Origin: Rugosimonospora sp.
GTDB taxonomy: Bacteria; Acidobacteriota; Terriglobia; Acidiferrales; UBA7541
Assembly: GCA_035636675.1 (NCBI GenBank)
Contig: DASPYR010000195.1
Location: 4,169-68,168, forward strand
Reading direction: 5' to 3'
Length of the DNA stretch: 64,000 nucleotides
Part shown: one piece after another, positions 1 through 7,326 of the stretch
How positions within the stretch are numbered: position 1 is the first letter of the stretch
Layout of the letters: each line of letters starts with the position of its first letter
Position numbers and translations under genes: made by a program
Notes under the pieces: model-generated
Told to the model about the DNA's origin: nothing
The model's database searches: none
The model's input: the letters and a program-made list of their open reading frames with translations, nothing else

Positions 1-375
1 GATATCCACCTGCTTAACGCCTCGTTTATCGGCTTCGTGCTGGCGGAAGCTGAGATTTTCGGCCTGCAACCCGGCACCGCGAGAGAGCGCGCCGAAATCC
101 GAAATGACGGAGGAATAACCCGATGTGATCGGCCTGAAATTCAGCCGGAAAAAAGTATCACACTGCTGCTCAACGGCAGGCAAGGTCGTGCGAATCGTCT
201 CGGCCCGCGTGACGTCGGCGGCCATCAGAGCGTGCTGTCGGTTGAGGGCGTTCAATTCCGACTGCGGAGTACGGTTGGCGCTGGCCATCTGCCAGTTAAA
301 ACCGGCCAAAATGATGTCCACCGCCACGACGACGCCCAGAGTGGCGCGAATGATCGTTTTGGTTTTCTTCGACAT
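1..375 (-). CDS. pilO: Type IV pilus assembly protein PilO-like (partial; C-terminus lies beyond window start)
   Basis: Open minus-strand frame from ATG at 375 (MSKKTKTIIRATLGVVVAVDIILAGF...). It has one N-terminal TM helix followed by a coiled-coil-like region. It starts 4 nt after the pilN stop, in the expected pilM-pilN-pilO order. It is absent from the ORF track because there is no stop inside the window. Confidence 0.6.
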   Translation of the reverse strand, partial: MSKKTKTIIRATLGVVVAVDIILAGFNWQMASANRTPQSELNALNRQHALMAADVTRAETIRTTLPAVEQQCDTFFRLNFRPITSGYSSVISDFGALSRGAGLQAENLSFRQHEADKRGVKQVDI

Positions 376-379
376 GGCT

Positions 380-949
380 TCAGGTAACGGAATAGCGCGC
401 GTTCAACGCCATCAAGACCTGGTCCGCATCTGCGGACCGGCCGTTGGCGCGGCTCTCGCCAAGAACCTCGATATCCGAAAATGCGCCGGAATCTTCGAGC
501 GCCTTCAGAAATCTTAACTTCCCTTCGTCGGTCTTCGCTCCTATCGTCAATTTTAATTCCAGGTGATCGTCCGCCAGTTTCGGCTCGATACTTATAACCC
601 GCACTCCCTCCGGCAGGTTGCGTTCCAGGTCCATGAAGATCTGCGTCCAAGGAAAAGCACGCTGCGCGATCAACCCGTTCAGGAAAGCGGAGAGATCTCG
701 ACGCTGAATGGTTTCGGGGCGATTGAAGAACGATTCCAAATCGGCGCGGCGACGACGAAGCGCCTGCATGTCGCTTTCAGTTCGCGCCTGTTCCAATCGT
801 ATGGTGGTATTAGAACGCCGCATGCTGTACACATTCCAGGAGAGCAGCGCCATGGCGAGCAGACCAATACCGCCGATCATGGTCGAGAAAACGACGAATC
901 GCCGGTTCTTTTCAAGCGGCGAGCTCGCCAGATTGAGTCGCACCTTCAT
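380..949 (-). CDS. pilN: Type IV pilus assembly protein PilN
   Basis: 189 aa. Short cytoplasmic N-terminus (MKVRLNLASSPLEK, resembling the PilM-binding INLLP-type motif), one TM helix (FVVFSTMIGGIGLLAMALLSW), then a coiled-coil/ferredoxin-like periplasmic part. Located between pilM and pilO. Confidence 0.8.
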   Translation of the reverse strand: MKVRLNLASSPLEKNRRFVVFSTMIGGIGLLAMALLSWNVYSMRRSNTTIRLEQARTESDMQALRRRRADLESFFNRPETIQRRDLSAFLNGLIAQRAFPWTQIFMDLERNLPEGVRVISIEPKLADDHLELKLTIGAKTDEGKLRFLKALEDSGAFSDIEVLGESRANGRSADADQVLMALNARYSVT

Positions 950-993
950 ATCGACATTACCTTCCCATCACCAGTTCCGCGATCAGACGCCGC

Positions 994-1977
994 TCAGGAG
1001 CCACGATAGAGCGTCCAACCAACCAGGGCATCCAGTTCTCTCTCCACCAAGGGGCGCAATTCGCTGCTAATGTGACCCTCGCTGGCGGCGGCGCTCAATA
1101 AACCGCCGACCGGACAGTGCAATTCGCGCTCCAGGAGCTCGCGAAACTCCTCGATTCTTCCCGCCAGTCCCGCCAAGCCGACCATGGCGATTCCTTCGTG
1201 CCAGGAATCCTGATAATAAGCGGCGAGCGGATAAATTTCATCGAGCAAGGCTTGCGGCGTGATCTCAGTTTCCTGAGCGGGAAGATCAACACAACGATAG
1301 GCGCAAAGGATCCCACCGCGAACGATCGCGGCCGTCATGGCTTTGCCCGCAACGCGGGCCAGCAGCGCGGGCTTGCGATCGTTGAGCAAGGGAAGCGCGG
1401 CCAGCGTCGAACTCATCACTACGCCCGGGGCCATACCCACAGACTCCAGCAGTTGCTCATATTCGCGCACGATACGCAACCGGGCCAGCGCGGTAACAAT
1501 ATCGACGCCCTCTTCGCGGGCGGGCTGGCGCATGAAGGAGACCACGGTCTCGTCCGGTTCAAACGGGACGCTCTTCTTCAGGCGCCATCGCAATAAGGGC
1601 AAAGCTTCATGGACCGCGCGAGGGAAAGTATCGAAGTGCAAGACGAAGACGCGAATGATCGGATCGGGTAAGAAGAGCGCTACGTCGCGAGTCTTCGCGT
1701 GTATCCGGGCAAACACCTTTTCTATTGCAGAACGGACCTCCGCGGGATTGGACAGGTTCGATTCCACGGCGCTCGGCTGGATGGCTCCAGGCGCGAGCGG
1801 CTCAACTGCCAGGAACTCGACTCCAGCGCCTCCGCGACTCCAGCGTGCCGCAGCAATATAACCAGCAGCTATTTCGCAAGCGATCAGCGGATGGGGGGCA
1901 ACATCCAACCATTGCGCAAAGCGGCGAACCGCCGCACTTCGATAGACCCCTTCGCGAATTCCTTCAGCGGTTAACAT
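994..1977 (-). CDS. pilM: Type IV pilus assembly protein PilM-like (actin/HSP70 fold)
   Basis: 327 aa. The N-terminal region LIACEIAAGYIAAARWSRGG..VEFLAVEPLAPGAI aligns by eye to the PilM LGIDISS..K..VEPLP region. It lies directly upstream of pilN. Confidence 0.7.
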   Translation of the reverse strand: MLTAEGIREGVYRSAAVRRFAQWLDVAPHPLIACEIAAGYIAAARWSRGGAGVEFLAVEPLAPGAIQPSAVESNLSNPAEVRSAIEKVFARIHAKTRDVALFLPDPIIRVFVLHFDTFPRAVHEALPLLRWRLKKSVPFEPDETVVSFMRQPAREEGVDIVTALARLRIVREYEQLLESVGMAPGVVMSSTLAALPLLNDRKPALLARVAGKAMTAAIVRGGILCAYRCVDLPAQETEITPQALLDEIYPLAAYYQDSWHEGIAMVGLAGLAGRIEEFRELLERELHCPVGGLLSAAASEGHISSELRPLVERELDALVGWTLYRGS

Positions 1978-2052
1978 GAGCGATAAATGGCTCCCGGGAC
2001 TGTCTGGCGTGCCGTGGCACGTCTCTTCGTTTGAGATGTGCTTCGGGCCGTT

Positions 2053-3690
2053 TCATTCGATGAAGGTGACCTTGTTAATTTCTTTCAATGTCGTGACGCC
2101 CGCACGTACTTTCTCCAATCCCGAATCCCGCAAGAAGGTCATTCCCTCTTCTCGCGCCGCTCGCTTGATTTCGGACGTGGGACGCCGCCCAATGATCATT
2201 TCACGGATGCGATCGGAAAGGTCCAGCAGTTCGGTAATTGCCGTCCGGCCGTGGTATCCAGTGCCCGAACATTCCAGACATCCCGTCCCTTCAGCAAAGG
2301 ACACCGGGCCCCAGAGGTCCGGATCGAGACCTGCTGCGCGCAATACGTCGGCAGGGTATTGCAGCGGCTTCTTGCAGCTTTCGCAGACCACCCGGACCAG
2401 CCGCTGCGCCATGATGCAATTCAGGGAGGAGACAAAATTATAGGGCTCGACGCCCATATTGATGAATCGTCCGATGACGTCGGTGACGTTGTTGGCATGC
2501 ACAGTGGTAAAGACGAGGTGCCCCGTCAGCGCCGATTGAATGGCGATTTGGGCGGTCTCTTCATCACGGATCTCGCCGACCATGATTTTGTCCGGGTCGT
2601 GCCGCAAGATGGAGCGCAAGCCGCGCGCAAAGGTAAGGCCTTTTTTCTCGTTTACAGGGATTTGCGTGATTCCCCGCACCTGATATTCCACCGGGTCTTC
2701 GATCGTGATGATTTTATCTTCGTCCGTTTTGATCTCATTGATGGCGGCATAGAGCGTGGTCGTCTTGCCGGAACCCGTGGGTCCGGTAACGAGAACCATG
2801 CCGTAAGGTTCGCGAATGTAGCGGCGAAATTTACGCAATTCTTCATCCGAGAAGCCCACCACTTCCAGGCTGAGATTGTGGAATTTCTCCGAGAGCGTCT
2901 CTTTATCAAGCACGCGAAGGACGGCATCTTCGCCGTGAATGGAAGGCATGATGGAGACGCGGAAATCGACGAAGCGCCCCTTATAGCGCACCCGAAAGCG
3001 GCCGTCTTGCGGCACGCGGCGTTCGGCAATATCCAGTTCGCTCATCACCTTGATGCGGGAGAGAATGGTGGAGTGCCATTCTTTGGAAATGGGCGGCATA
3101 GCATGCACGAGAATACCGTCAATTCGGTACTTCACAATGACTTCGAGGTCCCGCGCTTCGATGTGGATGTCACTGGCGCGCCGCTCCAGCGCAGTAAAAA
3201 TCACCGTATCCACAAGACGCACGATCGGGCTGACCCCGCCCTCCTCCGTGAGCCGTTCCGCGAAGAGCGCCTCTTCACTCTCTTCTTCATCCTGGACGAC
3301 CTGGAGGGTAAAGGCCTCGGTGGCCTGCTCGAGCACCCGCTGTGATTGCTCGGTGCGCTTGAGCAGATCGCTGATTTGCGTGGGCGTAGCCACCTTCAAA
3401 ACCAGTTTCTTTCCCAAAAGCAGCGGTAATTCGTCGCTCAACAATACGTGGCTAGGGTCGGCCACGGCCACGATCAGCTGATTTTCGTGCGCCTCCAACG
3501 GAACAAAATTGAAACGAAACATCAACTCCGCGGGGATGCTGCGAAATAATTCCGGGTCGATGCGGACTTCGTTCAAATCCACAAACGGACAGCGGTAACG
3601 TTCCGCCGTGCTCCGGGTGCGTTCGCGTTCCGCATGCACATCCTGGAGCGCCGAGGAGGCCACGTTGTAGTCACTGGTTCCCATACACAA
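2053..3690 (-). CDS. PilB/GspE-family type IV filament assembly ATPase (copy 1)
   Basis: 545 aa. T2SSE N-terminal domain (FVDLNEVRIDPELF..LIVAVADP), Walker A VTGPTGSGKTTT, Walker B/His boxes, and a tetracysteine Zn motif (CESC...CLEC). Confidence 0.9.
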   Translation of the reverse strand: MCMGTSDYNVASSALQDVHAERERTRSTAERYRCPFVDLNEVRIDPELFRSIPAELMFRFNFVPLEAHENQLIVAVADPSHVLLSDELPLLLGKKLVLKVATPTQISDLLKRTEQSQRVLEQATEAFTLQVVQDEEESEEALFAERLTEEGGVSPIVRLVDTVIFTALERRASDIHIEARDLEVIVKYRIDGILVHAMPPISKEWHSTILSRIKVMSELDIAERRVPQDGRFRVRYKGRFVDFRVSIMPSIHGEDAVLRVLDKETLSEKFHNLSLEVVGFSDEELRKFRRYIREPYGMVLVTGPTGSGKTTTLYAAINEIKTDEDKIITIEDPVEYQVRGITQIPVNEKKGLTFARGLRSILRHDPDKIMVGEIRDEETAQIAIQSALTGHLVFTTVHANNVTDVIGRFINMGVEPYNFVSSLNCIMAQRLVRVVCESCKKPLQYPADVLRAAGLDPDLWGPVSFAEGTGCLECSGTGYHGRTAITELLDLSDRIREMIIGRRPTSEIKRAAREEGMTFLRDSGLEKVRAGVTTLKEINKVTFIE

Positions 3691-3705
3691 TCACTCCGCC
3701 ACGCG

Positions 3706-4920
3706 CTAGCCGGGCCCAGCGCCCACTGAGAAGGAGAAAATAGGAAGGTAGAGCGAAATCAATATGAAGGCTATCACAATCGCCATGAAGACCAAAATCG
3801 CCGGTTCCACAACTGCGATGAGAGTTCCGATCCGTTGGTTGGTTTCGTCCTCGTAGAATTCGGCCACGCTGCCAAGCATCGGAGAGAGCGCTCCGCTGGC
3901 TTCTCCGACCTCGATCATCTCGATTCCCATGGCCGGCATCAGTCCAGTACTCCGCAATGCAGCATGCAGCGATTGTCCGTCGCGCACCAGTGCGGATGCC
4001 TCCTGTATAGCGGAGGAGACGAGCCGGCTGCGCACCGACTCCGCAGAGGTGGATAGCGCCCCGACGAGCGGCGTGCCGCCCGCAAGTAGTGTCGATAAAG
4101 TACGGCAGAACTGGGCCACCTGGAATTTTATCCACGTTTCGCCGACAAGGGGCAATTTCAATTTCATGCGATCAACGGCCGTGCCACCTTTATCAGTTCT
4201 TGACCACAGGAAGACGCCCAGAGCCCCCGCGAGCAGCAAAGCAAGCGCGATGAGCACGTCAAATCGATAACTCACTGTGATGGTCAAGAGTAAACGCGTC
4301 ACGCCCGGCAATGGCACGTTCATGTCTGAATAGAGCTTTGCGAATTGGGGCACAACGTAAGTGACCAGGTAGGTCACTATGATCGTGGCAACCGTGACCA
4401 AGATCGTTGGATAGATCAACGTGGCAATGAGCTTCTTTTTGGCGCTGGTAGACAGTTTCTGATAGGCAATGTAGTAGTCCAATACTCCTGAAAGACTTCC
4501 GCTCTTTTCGCCGGCCAAAATGGAAGTGACGTACACCTTGGGAAAGAGTCCCTGTTGGTCAAGGGCTTCCGAGAGCGCGGCCCCTTCGCGTACTTTATCG
4601 CGGACGTCCCTAAGCAACGGCTGCAAGCTGGGCGAGGCGGCACGCTCCGCAAGCAGGTCCAGAGCCTTCAGGATGGGAAGGCCTGCTTTGATCAGGGTGT
4701 TAAATTGCTGGTTGAAGATCAGAAAATCGGAACTCTTGAGAAGCCGCCCCTCGCGGTGTCCCAGCGTTCGGCCAAGCAAACCACCCCGCGGCTGCACGGA
4801 ATAGACGTATAAGCCCCGGTCGGAGAGCTTCTGGCGGGCCTCAGCAACCGACTGCGCGGCTTCCACATGGGAAAAGACACGCCCAGCCGGATCCGCCACT
4901 TTGCATACAAACTCTGCCAT
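3706..4920 (-). CDS. PilC/GspF-family inner-membrane platform protein (copy 1)
   Basis: 404 aa with the two-repeat GspF-type architecture and hydrophobic segments at the ends of each repeat. Its stop is 15 nt upstream of the copy-1 ATPase start. Confidence 0.9.
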   Translation of the reverse strand: MAEFVCKVADPAGRVFSHVEAAQSVAEARQKLSDRGLYVYSVQPRGGLLGRTLGHREGRLLKSSDFLIFNQQFNTLIKAGLPILKALDLLAERAASPSLQPLLRDVRDKVREGAALSEALDQQGLFPKVYVTSILAGEKSGSLSGVLDYYIAYQKLSTSAKKKLIATLIYPTILVTVATIIVTYLVTYVVPQFAKLYSDMNVPLPGVTRLLLTITVSYRFDVLIALALLLAGALGVFLWSRTDKGGTAVDRMKLKLPLVGETWIKFQVAQFCRTLSTLLAGGTPLVGALSTSAESVRSRLVSSAIQEASALVRDGQSLHAALRSTGLMPAMGIEMIEVGEASGALSPMLGSVAEFYEDETNQRIGTLIAVVEPAILVFMAIVIAFILISLYLPIFSFSVGAGPG

Positions 4921-5024
4921 GGTCTACCAGTCTACCTCATACCCGTGCGGACCGGAACGCCGGCGTCGCGGACGATGTTCTTTGTTCTCAATAGCTGAGC
5001 GGCAACAGCAGGCGGGAAATCCCT

Positions 5025-5753
5025 CTATTTTGGCTGTTCCACAATGGCAACTCCGGGAGGCGCCTGAAATCGGAACAGCGATTCTGCCAAGGGAAGGTTT
5101 TCTTGCCAATTTCCGAAGCGGTATTCCAGTTCGATTCCGCCCGGTTGCAAGACGCGAACGTCTGCCAGTTCCCCGCTCTCGGGGTTGACTTCCAGAAGCA
5201 CCTGGTCGAATTGTTCGTCAACCGGGGCTATAGAACCGTCGGCATTCTCTTCGGTGGAGCCGTTTGCCTTCGGCTTCTCGCCCCGAGGAAGGCAGCGCAA
5301 TACGACGTCGCCCTGCGATCCGGGATTTTCCGCGCTTAGATCGAGGCTTTGGCAGAGCTGAGAAAGCTTCACCTTGCCCGTCAGCAAGGCAAGTGGTGTA
5401 CGCCAATCCGTGCTTTGCTTCATAGCAGCGCGAGTCACAGTATGATCGGAGGGAACGTAAAACCACACCGTCTTGCCATCGGAAATGAAGAGCTTCTGTT
5501 CAGGCGCCTCATATTCCCAACGCATTCGACCGGGCCGGCTGAAGTAAACCTTACCGGATTCGGCTTGTAAGCCTTGGCGGCTATCGCTGTACCGTTCGAG
5601 AAAAATGGCTTGAAGTGTTTTGGCGTCGTGATAGCGCGCCTCGAGGGCGCGAGCGGCGGCCGCGGCACGCCGACTAATATTGGCTTGGGCAGGGTTGAGG
5701 GGACCGATGGTCAGCAATGCGCTAGCGAGGAAGAAAATTACCGTCTGCTTCAC
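5025..5753 (-). CDS. LolA-like outer-membrane lipoprotein carrier family protein
   Basis: 242 aa with a signal peptide (..LNPAQA). LolA-type pattern TLQAIFLERY..GLQAESGKVYFSRPGRMRWEYEAPEQKLFISDGKTVWFYVP. GTG start. Confidence 0.65.
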   Translation of the reverse strand: MKQTVIFFLASALLTIGPLNPAQANISRRAAAAARALEARYHDAKTLQAIFLERYSDSRQGLQAESGKVYFSRPGRMRWEYEAPEQKLFISDGKTVWFYVPSDHTVTRAAMKQSTDWRTPLALLTGKVKLSQLCQSLDLSAENPGSQGDVVLRCLPRGEKPKANGSTEENADGSIAPVDEQFDQVLLEVNPESGELADVRVLQPGGIELEYRFGNWQENLPLAESLFRFQAPPGVAIVEQPK

Positions 5754-5778
5754 ACTGCCAGTCTAGCAGACTGCTCTT

Positions 5779-5802
5779 GAAAAGCCCCTTCCGCGAGGGC
5801 CT
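5779..5802 (-). terminator. Weak hairpin plus T-run after pilA2
   Basis: The minus strand reads GGCCCTCGCGGAAGGGGCTTTTC. This is a short 4-5 bp GC stem followed by TTTT, about 15 nt after the pilA2 stop. Confidence 0.3.
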
Positions 5803-5815
5803 TAGCACAACACTC

Positions 5816-6328
5816 TTATTGGATTGGAGGGTCGGACACCCCTGCGCTCGCGGTTAGGTTCACGCGGATCACGTTGGTCTGATCTGTGTAGAAATGCCGG
5901 TCGCCGGTCGTACCGGGCGTAATCGGGTCGGCGTTTGCGGAGTATGCCTGGGCATTGCCGTTAGCATCAGTGGCTATAACTGTGTACGTGTAGAGGAATC
6001 CGCTTTTTACTCCAGTGCTCAAAACAGAGTCGATCAAGCCGGCCAGCGAGGCGCTCGGGGTGGCCGGATCGCCGCCAAGAGCTGCTAGGGATGGCGCAAA
6101 GCCAACGCCATAGGTCGTATTGTAAACGACGCTGGCTGTGGTGATGGTTCGCAGGTTGGCGACAGCGCCTGCTTCATTGGCACGCATCTTCGAGCGGATG
6201 AAATTCGGAATGGCGATGCCCGCGATAACCATGATGACCGCCACGACGATCAACAGCTCGATTAAACTGAACCCAGCTGATCTCTTGCCGCGCCTGCTGC
6301 TTGCCGTTTTGTTTTTCGAGGCTTTCAT
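5816..6328 (-). CDS. pilA: Type IV pilin (PilA paralogue 2) with long basic leader
   Basis: 170 aa. Prepilin motif G|FSLIELLIVVAVIMVIAGIAIPNF with Glu at +5, and a 19-residue leader MKASKNKTASSRRGKRSAG. Shares LIDSVLS.G.KSG and YYTDQ..VIRVN blocks with the upstream pilin. Confidence 0.85.
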   Translation of the reverse strand: MKASKNKTASSRRGKRSAGFSLIELLIVVAVIMVIAGIAIPNFIRSKMRANEAGAVANLRTITTASVVYNTTYGVGFAPSLAALGGDPATPSASLAGLIDSVLSTGVKSGFLYTYTVIATDANGNAQAYSANADPITPGTTGDRHFYTDQTNVIRVNLTASAGVSDPPIQ

Positions 6329-6383
6329 TTGAGACCTCGCCGCAATGCCGCTTTGTAAGTGCGAAGGTGGAAGCTAAACAAGC

Positions 6384-6413
6384 CGAGGGAGGGAGCTTGC
6401 GCTCCCTCCCCCG
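6384..6413 (-). terminator. Strong GC hairpin between pilA1 and pilA2 (terminator, attenuator or mRNA-stabilising stem-loop)
   Basis: 13-bp stem (12 Watson-Crick pairs plus 1 G-U on the minus-strand RNA): CGGGGGAGGGAGC-GCAA-GCTCCCTCCCTCG. It begins 10 nt after the pilA1 stop. It is followed by CTTGTTTAGC, which is only a weak U-tract. Confidence 0.5.
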
Positions 6414-6423
6414 CTCGGATTCG

Positions 6424-6891
6424 TTATCCAATCGGGGTGCTGGCGGAGTTTGCACCCGAACCGGAGGTGTTCACGCGGATCACCCCGGATTGATCGGTGT
6501 AATACATATTCTGTCCGGTCGTGGCCGCGGTAATGGGGGTAGCCGTAATCGAGTAAGACTGGTTTAGCGCGCCGGCCGTGAACACAAACGTGTAGCCGCT
6601 CTTCGTCCCAGCCGACAACACAGAGTCAATCAGGTCCGCCGAGGTGGAGCTGGCTGTGCCGCCAGACGCCATCGGCCCCAGATTGGTGAGCGCCGCTGGA
6701 AATTGGTTATAGTTCGTGGAATAAGCGATGCACGCTGTATTCAACGTACGCAGCGAGCCCACCGCCGAAGCTTGATTGGCCGCCATTTTCGACCGCAACA
6801 GGTTGGGAATGGCGATTGCGGCGATAATCAGAATAATCGCCACCACGATCAAAAGCTCAATTAACGAGAAACCCTTCTGTTTGTTACGCAT
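6424..6891 (-). CDS. pilA: Type IV pilin (PilA paralogue 1, likely major pilin)
   Basis: Prepilin motif MRNKQKG|FSLIELLIVVAIILIIAAIAIPNL with Glu+5. I chose the ATG at 6891 because GGAGA lies 5 nt upstream of it. The ORF-track start at 6909 adds 6 residues and has no SD. Confidence 0.9.
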   Translation of the reverse strand: MRNKQKGFSLIELLIVVAIILIIAAIAIPNLLRSKMAANQASAVGSLRTLNTACIAYSTNYNQFPAALTNLGPMASGGTASSTSADLIDSVLSAGTKSGYTFVFTAGALNQSYSITATPITAATTGQNMYYTDQSGVIRVNTSGSGANSASTPIG

Positions 6892-6938
6892 GATGTCTCC
6901 TTCAGGCATTTAGGATCCCGCAACCGCAATACGACAGG

Positions 6939-6954
6939 TGCAAGTCCCATACCA
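6939..6954 (-). promoter_or_regulatory. Sigma54 (-24/-12) type promoter upstream of pilA1
   Basis: The minus strand reads TGGTAT-GGGAC-TTGCA. The GG and GC have the exact consensus spacing (TGGYAY-N5-TTGCW). It lies about 45-60 nt upstream of the pilA1 ATG. A PilS/PilR sigma54 activator pair is encoded nearby. Confidence 0.6.
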
Positions 6955-6992
6955 TGTGGGGTGGGAAGGGTTTATGGATCGAACACAAAACC

Positions 6993-7052
6993 CCTAAGCC
7001 TTTAGGAACGAGTTGGTTAGGATGGGCCAGGGCATCTGGGATCCGCTTAGGA
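6993..7052. repeat. Cluster of TTAGGA hexamers (candidate enhancer/UAS for the pilA1 promoter)
   Basis: TTAGGA occurs at 7002-7007, 7017-7022 and 7047-7052, spaced 15 and 30 nt apart. An inverted copy forms the palindrome CCTAAGCCTTTAGG (6993-7006). A further copy lies at 6910-6915 in the 5' UTR. The cluster sits about 50-100 nt upstream of the -24 element. Confidence 0.35.
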
Positions 7053-7326
7053 CGCCATCCGTTTTGCCAATGGGACTGTGAAAATGCCAAAAAGTGTCAT
7101 CGGCTTGAGCCGCAAAAGGTCGAACTGTCAACGTGGTAAGCACGTGCGCCGCGGGTCCCGGCTGCGACCCACACCGTGCATCGGGAGATTCCATAACCGA
7201 ATGAACACTGCGTCACTTCAGGCTCCCGCCTATCCTATTGTTCTTCGATAACGTTCTCTTTAGACTCAGGATTCGGTCGGAACTGCAGGAACGGCACGCG
7301 CAAGTCCTTCAAAGGATAGATTTGCT

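Noticed and set aside
2015-2029. Plus-strand TGGCAC-GTCTC-TTCG, a near sigma54 -24/-12 match
   Set aside because: The -12 element is TTCG rather than TTGC. It points into the antisense strand of the pilB1 gene, with no plus-strand gene downstream.
2038-3345. 435-aa plus-strand ORF
   Set aside because: It is entirely antisense to the well-supported PilB/GspE ATPase gene. Its composition (Arg/Gly/His-rich) is typical of shadow ORFs in GC-rich DNA, and it has no recognisable motifs.
6954-7194. Small ORFs in the pilA1/GT intergenic region (6954-7139 +, 6994-7194 -, 6902-7090 -)
   Set aside because: They have no SD sequences and overlap each other and the predicted promoter/enhancer region. Their translations have no features. 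The region is better explained as regulatory DNA.
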